From a virus, in IMG/VR virus record IMGVR_UViG_3300021963_004854, positions 96,001 through 160,000 of that record: 64,000 bases of DNA, one strand, 5' to 3'. Position numbers and translations under genes: made by a program. This document shows positions 9,903 to 19,091 of this stretch, in pieces. Numbering within the stretch: position 1 is the first letter of the stretch; each line of letters opens with the position of its first letter. Under the pieces are notes generated by a model. The model did no database searches and was not told where the DNA came from. It was given only the letters and a program-made list of their open reading frames with translations.

Positions 9903-10355
9903 ATGGCAGATAGCAAAGTAACCTCGATGCAACCAGCGACCGACGCGGCGTCGGCTGATGTGTTGTATCTAGTGAAACCAAATACAAGTCCATATGATCA
10001 TAAGATTACTATTGCTAATCTGTTCGGGGGCATTCCTGTTCCCGTAGTCCTAGAAGACAAACTAATATTGAGTGGCACTCCGCAGACTTTATCCTCTGCG
10101 GGTGCCATTTCAATCACTTCGACTGTTACAAAGATTACATCACCTGATAATAATGGCACACTTACCATTGCTGACGGCGTTGACGGACAAATCAAAACAA
10201 TTATTATGGTATCAAATTCGGCTGGTCATACACTAAGTATTACATCCAATATCGGTCACTCAAGTATTGTTTTTAATAGCGCAGGAGATACCGCGACACT
10301 TATGTTCCAAGGAACAGTCTGGTATTTCATTGGGGGAACGGCGACAGTATCATAA
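9903..10355 (+). CDS. putative structural protein
   Basis: MADSKVT start, beta-rich. Confidence 0.5.
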   Translation: MADSKVTSMQPATDAASADVLYLVKPNTSPYDHKITIANLFGGIPVPVVLEDKLILSGTPQTLSSAGAISITSTVTKITSPDNNGTLTIADGVDGQIKTIIMVSNSAGHTLSITSNIGHSSIVFNSAGDTATLMFQGTVWYFIGGTATVS

Positions 10356-10356
10356 T

Positions 10357-10719
10357 ATGTTTGAATTAAATGATGATAATTTTTTGATCTTTGCTATTAA
10401 GAACTATGACAACCGGGGATGCCTTGGTATGTCAGACTTAGAAGAAGATTTAAAACGATTTAAATATATCAAACGATTATTTCGTAGATATGAAACAACA
10501 GATGTTTTAAGTGAAAGATTAATACTCAATCACTTAATAGTTTTATACAATGTATTTGGTAATGACACCTCTTTGATGCTTTTATATAAAGTAGAAAAGA
10601 AGTATTGGTCATATTTAAAGACTTTTCTGGTCTATCTAAATAGGATGACCATGGATGATATACCAGATATATCTTTAGATTTGAATGTTGCAGCCGCTCT
10701 AAGGAAAATTAATGTCTAG
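10357..10719 (+). CDS. conserved T4-like hypothetical protein
   Basis: FAIKNYDN..EDLKRFKYIKRLF..ERLILNH pattern typical of marine/freshwater T4-likes. Confidence 0.7.
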   Translation: MFELNDDNFLIFAIKNYDNRGCLGMSDLEEDLKRFKYIKRLFRRYETTDVLSERLILNHLIVLYNVFGNDTSLMLLYKVEKKYWSYLKTFLVYLNRMTMDDIPDISLDLNVAAALRKINV

Positions 10720-11248
10720 ATATGTAGATAACATTGTAACTATGCGCATATTGTATATGCTGACAACTCCGTTTGAACAGACGGATGCGTATCGTTTGGG
10801 CATTGTTGATGCACAGGGCAAAGAACTGCGACCAATATCTAAACTATATAGCGTGGAAGAAAAAGAAGCATACACATATCTTCACCGTCTTATTTTTAGG
10901 CTAAAGAGAATTATTAATAAGGTGCCGCTTGAAAATAAAAACTTTCTTTCATTTGCTGCCGCTTGGGCATTAATTAAAGAGAACGTCGAATACGACGATG
11001 ATATTTTAGAGGAACTATTTTATATGGCACATGAAGATCCAGAAGCAAAAGAACTAGCAGAAGAGCTAGAAAATAAGACACTAAGTTTTAGACAGTTTGT
11101 TGAAGAAATGGGTGTTGCTGGTGGTGCCATTGCTGGTATTGGTATCAACAATCCAAATATTCCAAATCAGGCAGAACCTGGTGTTTCTAAGAAAGCCCAG
11201 AAGAATTATAAAAAGAAAAATAAAATGTTTAGAAGGAATGCACAATGA
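10712..11248 (+). CDS. conserved T4-like hypothetical protein
   Basis: TPFEQTDAYRLGIVD motif. Confidence 0.65.
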   Translation: MSRYVDNIVTMRILYMLTTPFEQTDAYRLGIVDAQGKELRPISKLYSVEEKEAYTYLHRLIFRLKRIINKVPLENKNFLSFAAAWALIKENVEYDDDILEELFYMAHEDPEAKELAEELENKTLSFRQFVEEMGVAGGAIAGIGINNPNIPNQAEPGVSKKAQKNYKKKNKMFRRNAQ

Positions 11249-11697
11249 GTTTGCTATCATTTTTAACCAAAGAGGAGCCAATCACTTCTCTTGAACAACT
11301 TGAACTTGCAAAGGGCAAGATTCAACTTACTATCATGAAGCTGGCCGCATTCGTGCTTGGTCTTATCATGGTATCAGTTGTTCTTGTCATGATGGTAGGC
11401 TTGTTTGTTCCCAATGAAACCGTCGATAACAATGAAATCTTCAAGATTATTGGCCCAGCGTTCTCGACCATCGTCGGTGCGTTTGTTGGTGCATTCGCTA
11501 CTATGATGGGCATGAAGACTGCCGACTTTGACCCTAATGTCAAGGTTCAAGAGCTAGGTAAGACTGACCATAAGGCTCTAGCTGAGGCACATGTTATCAA
11601 TGCCCAGGCAGAATCAATTGAAGCCGATACAGAAATCAAATTGATGGCTGCTATCGATAAGTATAAAGATTCAGACGAAGATCACGGACCATTCTAA
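11245..11697 (+). CDS. 2-TM membrane protein upstream of endolysin (holin-like?)
   Basis: Two TM helices, translationally coupled to endolysin. Confidence 0.5.
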   Translation: MSLLSFLTKEEPITSLEQLELAKGKIQLTIMKLAAFVLGLIMVSVVLVMMVGLFVPNETVDNNEIFKIIGPAFSTIVGAFVGAFATMMGMKTADFDPNVKVQELGKTDHKALAEAHVINAQAESIEADTEIKLMAAIDKYKDSDEDHGPF

Positions 11698-12872
11698 TGA
11701 CACAGCTAACAGAACATTTCACCCTAGAAGAACTAACAGTTTCTCCTACCGCTAAGAAGCTGGGCCTTCCTAACACACCAACAGCCGAGCATATTGAAAA
11801 TATGCGCTACTGTTGCGAGAAGATCCTTGAGCCTGTTCGTGCTAAGTTTGGTCCAGTTACAGTCAACTCTTCATATCGTGCGCCTCTTGTTAACAAGGCT
11901 GTTGGTGGTTCGAAGACCTCGCAACACGTTAACGGTCAAGCAATTGACTTTGAAGTTAAGGGTGTTGACAACAAGAAGGTTGCTGACTGGGTTGCTGACA
12001 ACCTAGAGTTTGACCAAGTTATTCTGGAGTTTTATTCTTCGGGTGATAAGAACTCCGGCTGGGTTCACGCTTCTATCAAGAAAGAAGGTGGCAACCGCAA
12101 GCAACGCTTAGTCGCTACAAAGTCTAAGGCTGGTGGTACAAAGTATACACCTGTTGCAGATTTTGATCCAAGCACAACTAAGGAAGCTGGTGCACCTGTA
12201 GTAGAAGCTGTAGCACAGGTTGCTAAAGCTGCCGCGCAGACAACATCACCCGCTGGTCTTGGACCAATGGCCGCACTTCAAGCTAAGTGTGGTCTGCCTG
12301 CAGACGGCAAGTGGGGTCCAGGCACATTCAAGGGTGCCAAGGATTACTACAAGCTGTCAACTGCACAGGCGGCTCACTTCTTCGGTCAATGCGCCCACGA
12401 GTCAGGCAACTTCAAGGTGTTCTCGGAAAATCTAAACTATTCGGCGGATGGTTTGACTAAGATTTTCAAGAAGTATTTCCCAAGTCTGGCTGCGGCACAA
12501 GGCTACGCTCGTAAGCCAGAAAAGATTGCTAACAAAGTATACGCCAATCGTATGGGTAATGGCCCAGAAGCCTCGGGTGATGGTTGGAAGTTCCGCGGTC
12601 GTGGTCCAATCCAACTAACTGGCAAGGATAACTACACTGCATTCGCACAATCAATCAAGCGCCCAGATATTCTAACAAATCCTGATATCGTAGCAACAGA
12701 ACTTGCTTTCGAATCCGCTCTATGGTTCTTCAATAAGAATGGTCTATTCGCAATCGCTGATAAGGGTGTAACAGATGCAGTCATCGGGCAAATTACTCGC
12801 CGCGTAAACGGTGGTACGCATGGTCTTGATGACCGCATTAAGAAAACTAAGCAATACGCAAACTGGGGATAA
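11697..12872 (+). CDS. endolysin: peptidase M15A + GH19 muramidase
   Basis: SSYR..SQH..AID..WVH (M15); HESG..RGRGPIQLTG..NGG (GH19). Confidence 0.9.
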   Translation: MTQLTEHFTLEELTVSPTAKKLGLPNTPTAEHIENMRYCCEKILEPVRAKFGPVTVNSSYRAPLVNKAVGGSKTSQHVNGQAIDFEVKGVDNKKVADWVADNLEFDQVILEFYSSGDKNSGWVHASIKKEGGNRKQRLVATKSKAGGTKYTPVADFDPSTTKEAGAPVVEAVAQVAKAAAQTTSPAGLGPMAALQAKCGLPADGKWGPGTFKGAKDYYKLSTAQAAHFFGQCAHESGNFKVFSENLNYSADGLTKIFKKYFPSLAAAQGYARKPEKIANKVYANRMGNGPEASGDGWKFRGRGPIQLTGKDNYTAFAQSIKRPDILTNPDIVATELAFESALWFFNKNGLFAIADKGVTDAVIGQITRRVNGGTHGLDDRIKKTKQYANWG

Positions 12873-12877
12873 TAAAT

Positions 12878-13054
12878 ATGCTCAATCAAATCAAAGATGC
12901 ACTGAAAAAACTTTTTGGTTTTGTAGACGCTAACAAAGACGGCAAGATTGATCTCGCTGAGGTTACTGCCGCAGTTGATACGGCAGAAGCAAAGGTTGAA
13001 GAAGTTAAGGCAGTGGTAAAGAAAACACGCGCTCGTAAGCCAAAAGCAAAGTAA
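12878..13054 (+). CDS. small EF-hand-motif protein (58 aa, not in ORF track)
   Basis: MLNQIKDALKKLFGFVDANKDGKIDLAE...KKTRARKPKAK; canonical DxNxDGxIDxxE loop. Confidence 0.7.
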   Translation: MLNQIKDALKKLFGFVDANKDGKIDLAEVTAAVDTAEAKVEEVKAVVKKTRARKPKAK

Positions 13055-13063
13055 GGGAATTAA

Positions 13064-14533
13064 ATGTCAAGCAACACTATCCATAGAGCCTTAGTTGAAA
13101 AGTTAGGCGGTCGTAATGTAAGTGAATATGTTGGTAATGCTGGTGATCTCTTCTGGGATCCAGATACTGGTAACATGCGCATCTCCGACGGTGAAACTGT
13201 TGGCGGTCTTAGTGTTGCTGAATCATCGCCTTGGGCAGAAGATATCTTCGTTGGTCCATGGGTAAACTTTGTTCGCCCACCAGATTCACCAGAAGTTGTA
13301 GATGAAATCATCCCAGAAGTCCTTGCTATCGCTAGAAACCCATCCGGCGAAGGTAATGGGTCGATCTACAATGCTCTTAGAGAAGGCGAAGACGGATCGG
13401 TAAGCACACCGTATTTCACTTCATGGAACACCGATGGTTGGGGCGACCTAACAAACATCAAGTCACGTTACTACGAAGACCTGCAATCTGCATGGGATGG
13501 TAGTGGTCCAAAGACGGTTCACTTCGAATGGATCATGAAGGTTTCGGATTACGATGGACCTGAACGTTACTTCCTCGTTCGTTTCTTCAACTGGGATTCG
13601 GGTGGTGTTGATGGCGCTAACGGTGCATTCTCTTGGACTCGCCGTGAAATCAATGCTAATGCATTCTTCTCTCGCGTTGATACAAACGATGAAGAAGAAG
13701 CATATGTAACTGGTGATGTAATTGCACCACACCTTGTTCTTACTCGTGAAAACAATGGATTCCTGTTCAACTACGGTTATGATGCCGCAGAAGATGATTA
13801 CTATGAAACAAACTACAACGAAGATCGTTCACCAAAGAATACTCTTTGGAACTGGGAAGGTTGGGACAATCTCCAGAACCTGAAGTCGCGTCAATTCTCA
13901 CTCTTCGGTGACCTTGTTTACGCTGAAAACTGGTACGGTAAGCAAATCGTTGGTCGCGAATTCATCATGTGGGATACGGTTGCAGATGAATACTATGCAA
14001 TCAAGTTTACTCGCTGGAACAATAACAGCAACTACAACTATCCTGGTTTCTCTTACATCCGTCGCAAGATTGATCAAGAAAAACTATCTCACGGTCTGAC
14101 ATTCGAAGACGGCACAACTCAAAGAACTGCCTACTCGACTAAGATTGGTGGCACAATTCCACAAGCACCTGCCATCACTTCTAAGAACCTTGATATGACA
14201 CGTTGGATCAACTCAGATGATATTGGTAAACTTATCATCGTAGATGGCGATACTCCAAACTCTGTCACCATTCCCGACACATCAACTCTACAATGGCCAA
14301 TTGGTGGTGTAGTTACCATTCTTAATATGTCTGGTAATACTCTCTACATCTACAAGGACAATGATGATGAGAACGGAACCATCTATGGTAACGGAACAGG
14401 TGATAGTTCTACTGGATGGCAAGTTCCTGATACTGGCGGTTACAATCTGGTAACTCTCATGAAGATCAAGCAGGGTATGGATAACTATTTCAACGACTAC
14501 ATCCTTACGGGTGTTGGCATTGAGGTAGACTAA
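13064..14533 (+). CDS. acidic, aromatic-rich protein with internal domain duplication; putative virion appendage
   Basis: WNTDGWGDLTNIKSR vs WNWEGWDNLQNLKSR; FSWTRREIN vs FSYIRRKID. Confidence 0.55.
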   Translation: MSSNTIHRALVEKLGGRNVSEYVGNAGDLFWDPDTGNMRISDGETVGGLSVAESSPWAEDIFVGPWVNFVRPPDSPEVVDEIIPEVLAIARNPSGEGNGSIYNALREGEDGSVSTPYFTSWNTDGWGDLTNIKSRYYEDLQSAWDGSGPKTVHFEWIMKVSDYDGPERYFLVRFFNWDSGGVDGANGAFSWTRREINANAFFSRVDTNDEEEAYVTGDVIAPHLVLTRENNGFLFNYGYDAAEDDYYETNYNEDRSPKNTLWNWEGWDNLQNLKSRQFSLFGDLVYAENWYGKQIVGREFIMWDTVADEYYAIKFTRWNNNSNYNYPGFSYIRRKIDQEKLSHGLTFEDGTTQRTAYSTKIGGTIPQAPAITSKNLDMTRWINSDDIGKLIIVDGDTPNSVTIPDTSTLQWPIGGVVTILNMSGNTLYIYKDNDDENGTIYGNGTGDSSTGWQVPDTGGYNLVTLMKIKQGMDNYFNDYILTGVGIEVD

Positions 14534-14534
14534 T

Positions 14535-15251
14535 ATGAGTGTTGTTCAAATCCTTCAAGGAATCATTGCTGCCGCTGCCTCTGGTAGCGGTGGCGGTGGT
14601 GGCGGAGGTGGCGGAGGTGCCACCTACCGCTCGTGGACCATTCAATGGTGGATGAAAAAATTAAGTCCACAATCTGTTGCCAGTCCTAGAGTATTTTCAG
14701 TTGGTGTAGACACCTCAGCATCAATTGGATATTCAAATGAATCTGGTGGCGACTATGTTTGGACAGGAGGAAGTGCTCCTCCTGGACTTGGACCTATTAC
14801 AGTTGGTTCAATTGCTAACTCTTGGCATCATTTTTCTATCAATTCAGATGGTACCAATTTGTATTTCTTCAAGAACGGACAACTATTGAGTTCCGCTCCT
14901 AGAACGGGCAATGCAATTACAGATGCAACAACTCAATTCTGGTTGGGTGGTGATAATAACTTCCACTGGAAGGGTCGTATTGCGGACTTTAACATTGTAA
15001 AAGGTAATTGTCTGTATACCAGTACCTATACTCCACCGACCAGAATAACAACTGCACCTTCTGGAACAGTTTTCATGCAGGTTTGCGATCCAAGCGTTCA
15101 AACTGGTCCAGGAATGTCTGGTTCATCTAACTACAGCAGTGTAGCAGATGATCCATGGGGCGACGGAATCGATTCAGTAGAATTTACAGGACAAACTTTC
15201 TCATATATTCGCTGGGATGGTAATTTAATCTTTGCGCTAGACGTTGCATAA
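14535..15251 (+). CDS. ConA/LamG-like lectin-domain protein with poly-Gly linker
   Basis: WTIQWW..WHHFSI..FFKNG..GRIADFNIVKG LamG pattern. Confidence 0.7.
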   Translation: MSVVQILQGIIAAAASGSGGGGGGGGGGATYRSWTIQWWMKKLSPQSVASPRVFSVGVDTSASIGYSNESGGDYVWTGGSAPPGLGPITVGSIANSWHHFSINSDGTNLYFFKNGQLLSSAPRTGNAITDATTQFWLGGDNNFHWKGRIADFNIVKGNCLYTSTYTPPTRITTAPSGTVFMQVCDPSVQTGPGMSGSSNYSSVADDPWGDGIDSVEFTGQTFSYIRWDGNLIFALDVA

Positions 15252-15254
15252 TAA

Positions 15255-15728
15255 ATGGAATCTCTGGAAACCAAAGTCGCGGTAATCGAACATGACCTGA
15301 AACAAATTCAGGTTGTGTTCGGTCGCCTTGACTTAGCAATCGAAAAGATTGGGGATGTTTCCAACTGTATCAATAAAATGTTAGCTGTGCATGATACTAA
15401 ACTTGAAGCACAAGAAAATGTCAATGAAGATATCTATCAGAGTTTAGAAGTGCATAGAAATGAAACTAAGGCCAGCAATGCCGAATTGCATTCCAGAATT
15501 ACTACCATCACTAGAGAACTGGAATCTAAAATTCAAACCACAGAAGACAAACTTCTTGATGCCATCAAAGACTTGAAAAAGTCGGTTGAAAAAGAAGAAG
15601 AAAAAAACAAAGAACGTATTGACAAACTAGAAAAAGCCAAGTATCTATTTGTAGGTGGTGGTCTAGTTGTCGGTGCTATTCTAACTAAAATTCTACCCGC
15701 ACTATCAAAATTTATACAAATAGGTTGA
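15255..15728 (+). CDS. coiled-coil protein with C-terminal TM
   Basis: Heptad pattern, hydrophobic tail, upstream of primase. Confidence 0.6.
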   Translation: MESLETKVAVIEHDLKQIQVVFGRLDLAIEKIGDVSNCINKMLAVHDTKLEAQENVNEDIYQSLEVHRNETKASNAELHSRITTITRELESKIQTTEDKLLDAIKDLKKSVEKEEEKNKERIDKLEKAKYLFVGGGLVVGAILTKILPALSKFIQIG

Positions 15729-15759
15729 CTTTCACCCACTAGGGGTGTATAGTGAATCT

Positions 15760-16800
15760 ATGAGTGCATATATTGATATTCAGTTTCTCCATGCCATTTC
15801 GTATCGCCTGGAGAACTTCAAGAAAAAATCTAGTGATCTTTGGAACTGCAGGTGTCCTATCTGTGGTGACTCCTCGCGTAATAAAAGAAAGTCGCGGGGT
15901 TATTTCTTCCTGGGAAAGAATGACCTAAACTATAAGTGCCATAACTGTGGCGTATCTATGGGCTTTGGTAACTTTCTAAAGCAGTTTGATGACAACCAAT
16001 ATAAACAATATGTCATTCAACGCTATGCAGATACGGCCAAAGTTGGACCTGCAAAGTCACATAAGAAAATCCAAGACGTTCTAGATTTTTCTGAGCCAGT
16101 CTTCAATAAGAAGCCTGACCCTAAACTGATCGATCAGATTATGGATCGACTAGACACACTGCCAGATGACCATGAGGTAATTCAATATGTTACTGACCGC
16201 AAAATCCCTCGCGATGCTTTTAGTCGGCTGTATTTCATTCCTAATGTTAAAGATATCGTTCAACTTAATGCCAAATACAAAGACTCCATCATCACCTCCG
16301 AGCCGCGCCTCGCGATTCCTTTTTTTGATGGCTCTGGCAAACTCCTTGTTGTTAGCCTTCGCGGAATCAGAGGCGAGTCGCTACGTTATATTAATGTTAA
16401 AGTAGATGAAGATGCGCCATCGATTTTCGGTCTGGATCAGGTCGATACTACAAAAGAAATACTTGTCGTCGAAGGGCCTCTTGACTCCCTTTTTCTTGAT
16501 AATGCTATCGCTTGTGCTGGAACATCATTCGGAAAAATCGACCAACTCCCGATACCAAAAGAAAAGATAACAATTATTTTCGATAATCAACCTAAAAACC
16601 GAGAAGTCGGTAAGTTGATGAATAAGTATATAGAGATGGGTTACAAGATGGTAATCTGGCCAGACAGTGTTCCTGGTAAAGATATTAATGAGATGATTGA
16701 AAATGGGTTGACTTCTGGTGAAATCCATAGTATTATAAATGATAATACTTTTCAAGGACTAGCAGCAAAGGCAAGATATGCCATGTGGAGAAAGATATGA
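15760..16800 (+). CDS. 61: T4 gp61-like DNA primase
   Basis: CRCPICGDS..KCHNC zinc finger, VVEGPLDSLF TOPRIM, KDINEM. Confidence 0.95.
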   Translation: MSAYIDIQFLHAISYRLENFKKKSSDLWNCRCPICGDSSRNKRKSRGYFFLGKNDLNYKCHNCGVSMGFGNFLKQFDDNQYKQYVIQRYADTAKVGPAKSHKKIQDVLDFSEPVFNKKPDPKLIDQIMDRLDTLPDDHEVIQYVTDRKIPRDAFSRLYFIPNVKDIVQLNAKYKDSIITSEPRLAIPFFDGSGKLLVVSLRGIRGESLRYINVKVDEDAPSIFGLDQVDTTKEILVVEGPLDSLFLDNAIACAGTSFGKIDQLPIPKEKITIIFDNQPKNREVGKLMNKYIEMGYKMVIWPDSVPGKDINEMIENGLTSGEIHSIINDNTFQGLAAKARYAMWRKI

Positions 16801-17063
16801 GCGAATTGGTCGCGAATGAATATGGTATTGAGTTTGACCATATTCGCATCACAAAGTTACGCATACATCGCACAGACGGTAAGTGGCTTGTAGAATATCG
16901 TAGAGAACCTCGTTGGTTTCTAGGTCTAGATCGCTGGTGGTGGTTCGATGACGGCACATACATTGATTATGCCGATGCATCTGCTAGAGTAGACCATCTA
17001 TTGGGTATTGGTTTCGTAAGTAAGACGCAGTTCCAGACAGTTAAGGAGTTTGAAGTTGAGTGA
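16797..17063 (+). CDS. hypothetical protein
   Basis: ORF coupled to primase. Confidence 0.6.
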   Translation: MSELVANEYGIEFDHIRITKLRIHRTDGKWLVEYRREPRWFLGLDRWWWFDDGTYIDYADASARVDHLLGIGFVSKTQFQTVKEFEVE

Positions 17064-17760
17064 AGTAAATTTGATTGGCATTACTAAGCCTAGTGCCTAC
17101 ACAGAATGTAATACAGCTAATGAACTTGTGGCATGGGCAGCTAGAGTATCTAATCCTTCAAACCAAAATAACACAGCAACAGCACCTAAGTTAGTTCGAT
17201 ATCTAATTCAGAACCAACATTGGTCACCTTTGGAGATGGTTCATGTATCTATGGAAATTAAAACAACTCGTGATATCGCTCGGCAAATTCTACGCCATCG
17301 CTCCTTTGCATTCCAGGAATACTCTCAACGTTACGCCGATCCAACTAAGGACCTCGGGTTCGTAACCAGGGAAGCTCGTCTACAGGACGCCAAGAATCGT
17401 CAAAACTCAGTTGAACTAACGCCAGATGAAAATCGTCTAGCAGAAGAGTGGAATGTTATGCAGACGCAAGCCACTAACGCCGCAAAAATGGCATACAACT
17501 GGGCAATCGAACGTGGCATCGCCAAGGAACAGGCCCGTGCTGTTCTACCCGAGGGTAATACGGAGTCCGTGATGATTATGTCCGGGTCTCTTCGTAGCTG
17601 GGTTCACTATTGTCAGTTGCGCATGGATAAGGCGACACAGAAAGAACACCGTATTGTGGCAGAACAATGCTGGGAGATTATCGGTCAACACTTCCCCGAT
17701 GTAATCAAAGCACTTGATGACATGGCAGCATGGGCAGAGTTCGAAAGAAAACTACCTTGA
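17050..17760 (+). CDS. thyX: flavin-dependent thymidylate synthase
   Basis: HWSPLE, RHRSFAFQEYSQRY, KEQARAVLP. Confidence 0.95.
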   Translation: MKLSEVNLIGITKPSAYTECNTANELVAWAARVSNPSNQNNTATAPKLVRYLIQNQHWSPLEMVHVSMEIKTTRDIARQILRHRSFAFQEYSQRYADPTKDLGFVTREARLQDAKNRQNSVELTPDENRLAEEWNVMQTQATNAAKMAYNWAIERGIAKEQARAVLPEGNTESVMIMSGSLRSWVHYCQLRMDKATQKEHRIVAEQCWEIIGQHFPDVIKALDDMAAWAEFERKLP

Positions 17761-17845
17761 CCAAAATCTGGAACACTTTTGATTCGCAGGTGGTCGCATT
17801 TTTTTCGCGCCAAAATTTTGGTTCGGAAAAGTCGGGTGGAGAATA

Positions 17846-18565
17846 ATGAGAATTCTTATTACTGGCCATGAGGGATTTATCGGTAGAAATGTCTCTCGCA
17901 TACTATCAGATGAATTTGAAATAATTCCTTATGAAGGTGATATTAGAGACTTTAAGATTTCAGAATATTATTATGCAGTATTACATTTAGCCGCTCTAGC
18001 TGGTGTTAGAAAGAGTTGGTTGAATCCTGACGAATATTGGGATGTAAATGTTACTGGCTCAAATAAAGTTTTTGAAGAATGTAAACGTTTAAATCTTCGG
18101 TGTGTATATGCATCTTCTTCATCGATTTACGAATGGTGGAAAAATCCATATGCAGCTAGTAAAAAAGCGATGGAAGAACTTGCACCCAAGTATTCCGTTG
18201 GTATGAGATTTCATACAGTATATGGTCCAGACTCTCGACCAGACATGTTCTATGATATGATGCTTAATGACAAGATAGAATATCTTACAACACATAAACG
18301 AGACTGGACACATGTTGAAGATGTTGCATCTGCTATAAGAATTATCTTGACAGACACTAGAATTTCTGGTAAGTTTGATATTGGCTCTGGTAATCCAGTT
18401 CCAGTTGTAGATGTTGCCAATGCATATGGCTACAGAGATGTTCCTATTAAAGAAGTTAGTGGAGAAAGAGAGGAAACTAATGCCGACATTTCACTACTAA
18501 AAAGTTATGGTTGGGAACCAAAGTTCAACATTCTAGAGGAAGCGAAAAATGCCAGAAACAGTTAA
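17846..18565 (+). CDS. NAD-dependent nucleotide-sugar epimerase/dehydratase
   Basis: TGHEGFIG, HLAALAGV, YAASK, RFHTVYGP. Confidence 0.9.
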   Translation: MRILITGHEGFIGRNVSRILSDEFEIIPYEGDIRDFKISEYYYAVLHLAALAGVRKSWLNPDEYWDVNVTGSNKVFEECKRLNLRCVYASSSSIYEWWKNPYAASKKAMEELAPKYSVGMRFHTVYGPDSRPDMFYDMMLNDKIEYLTTHKRDWTHVEDVASAIRIILTDTRISGKFDIGSGNPVPVVDVANAYGYRDVPIKEVSGEREETNADISLLKSYGWEPKFNILEEAKNARNS

Positions 18566-19091
18566 GATACAATATGATGCAGTTTCAGACGAACATTATA
18601 TCGCTTGGGATGGACTAGAAGAAGAGACGGGTTGGAAGCCCGGCGACACAATAATTTGGGTAGACAATGAAGATGGGAGTTATACGTTGACTAAGAAGAA
18701 TAATAATTATCAGGATGATGTTGAACAGTTTATGGCCGCAGCCGACCAGTATATCGGCGCTACTCCTCATCTAAATGAAAATAATGAGGCTCAAGCCAAG
18801 CTATATATTGATCTAATTGATGAAGAATTTCGTGAACTTTGTGATGGATTTCTTCGTCGCCACATCGGAGATGTTGCTGACGGCGGCGCCGACCTGGTAT
18901 GGGTCGTTAAGGGGTTGTTTACCACACTGGGCATTAACTTTGATGCTGTATGGGAAGAAGTCCGTGCGTCCAATATGAGTAAGGTTTCCGAGGGCGGAAA
19001 GATTAAGAAGCGGGCAGACGGTAAGATTCTCAAGCCAGATACTTACTTTAAGCCAAACATCGAAAAAGTTTTGAAGGATCAGGGTCTATAA
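18549..19091 (+). CDS. MazG-like/PRA-PH NTP pyrophosphohydrolase with AbrB-like N-terminal domain
   Basis: GWKPGDTIIWVDNEDGSYTLTK; LIDEEFREL..DLVWV..SNMSK..DGKILKP. Confidence 0.8.
   Translation: MPETVKIQYDAVSDEHYIAWDGLEEETGWKPGDTIIWVDNEDGSYTLTKKNNNYQDDVEQFMAAADQYIGATPHLNENNEAQAKLYIDLIDEEFRELCDGFLRRHIGDVADGGADLVWVVKGLFTTLGINFDAVWEEVRASNMSKVSEGGKIKKRADGKILKPDTYFKPNIEKVLKDQGL

Noticed and set aside
14583-14618. GGT/GGC trinucleotide run
   Set aside because: Encodes a poly-Gly linker with mixed codons; no evidence of phase variation
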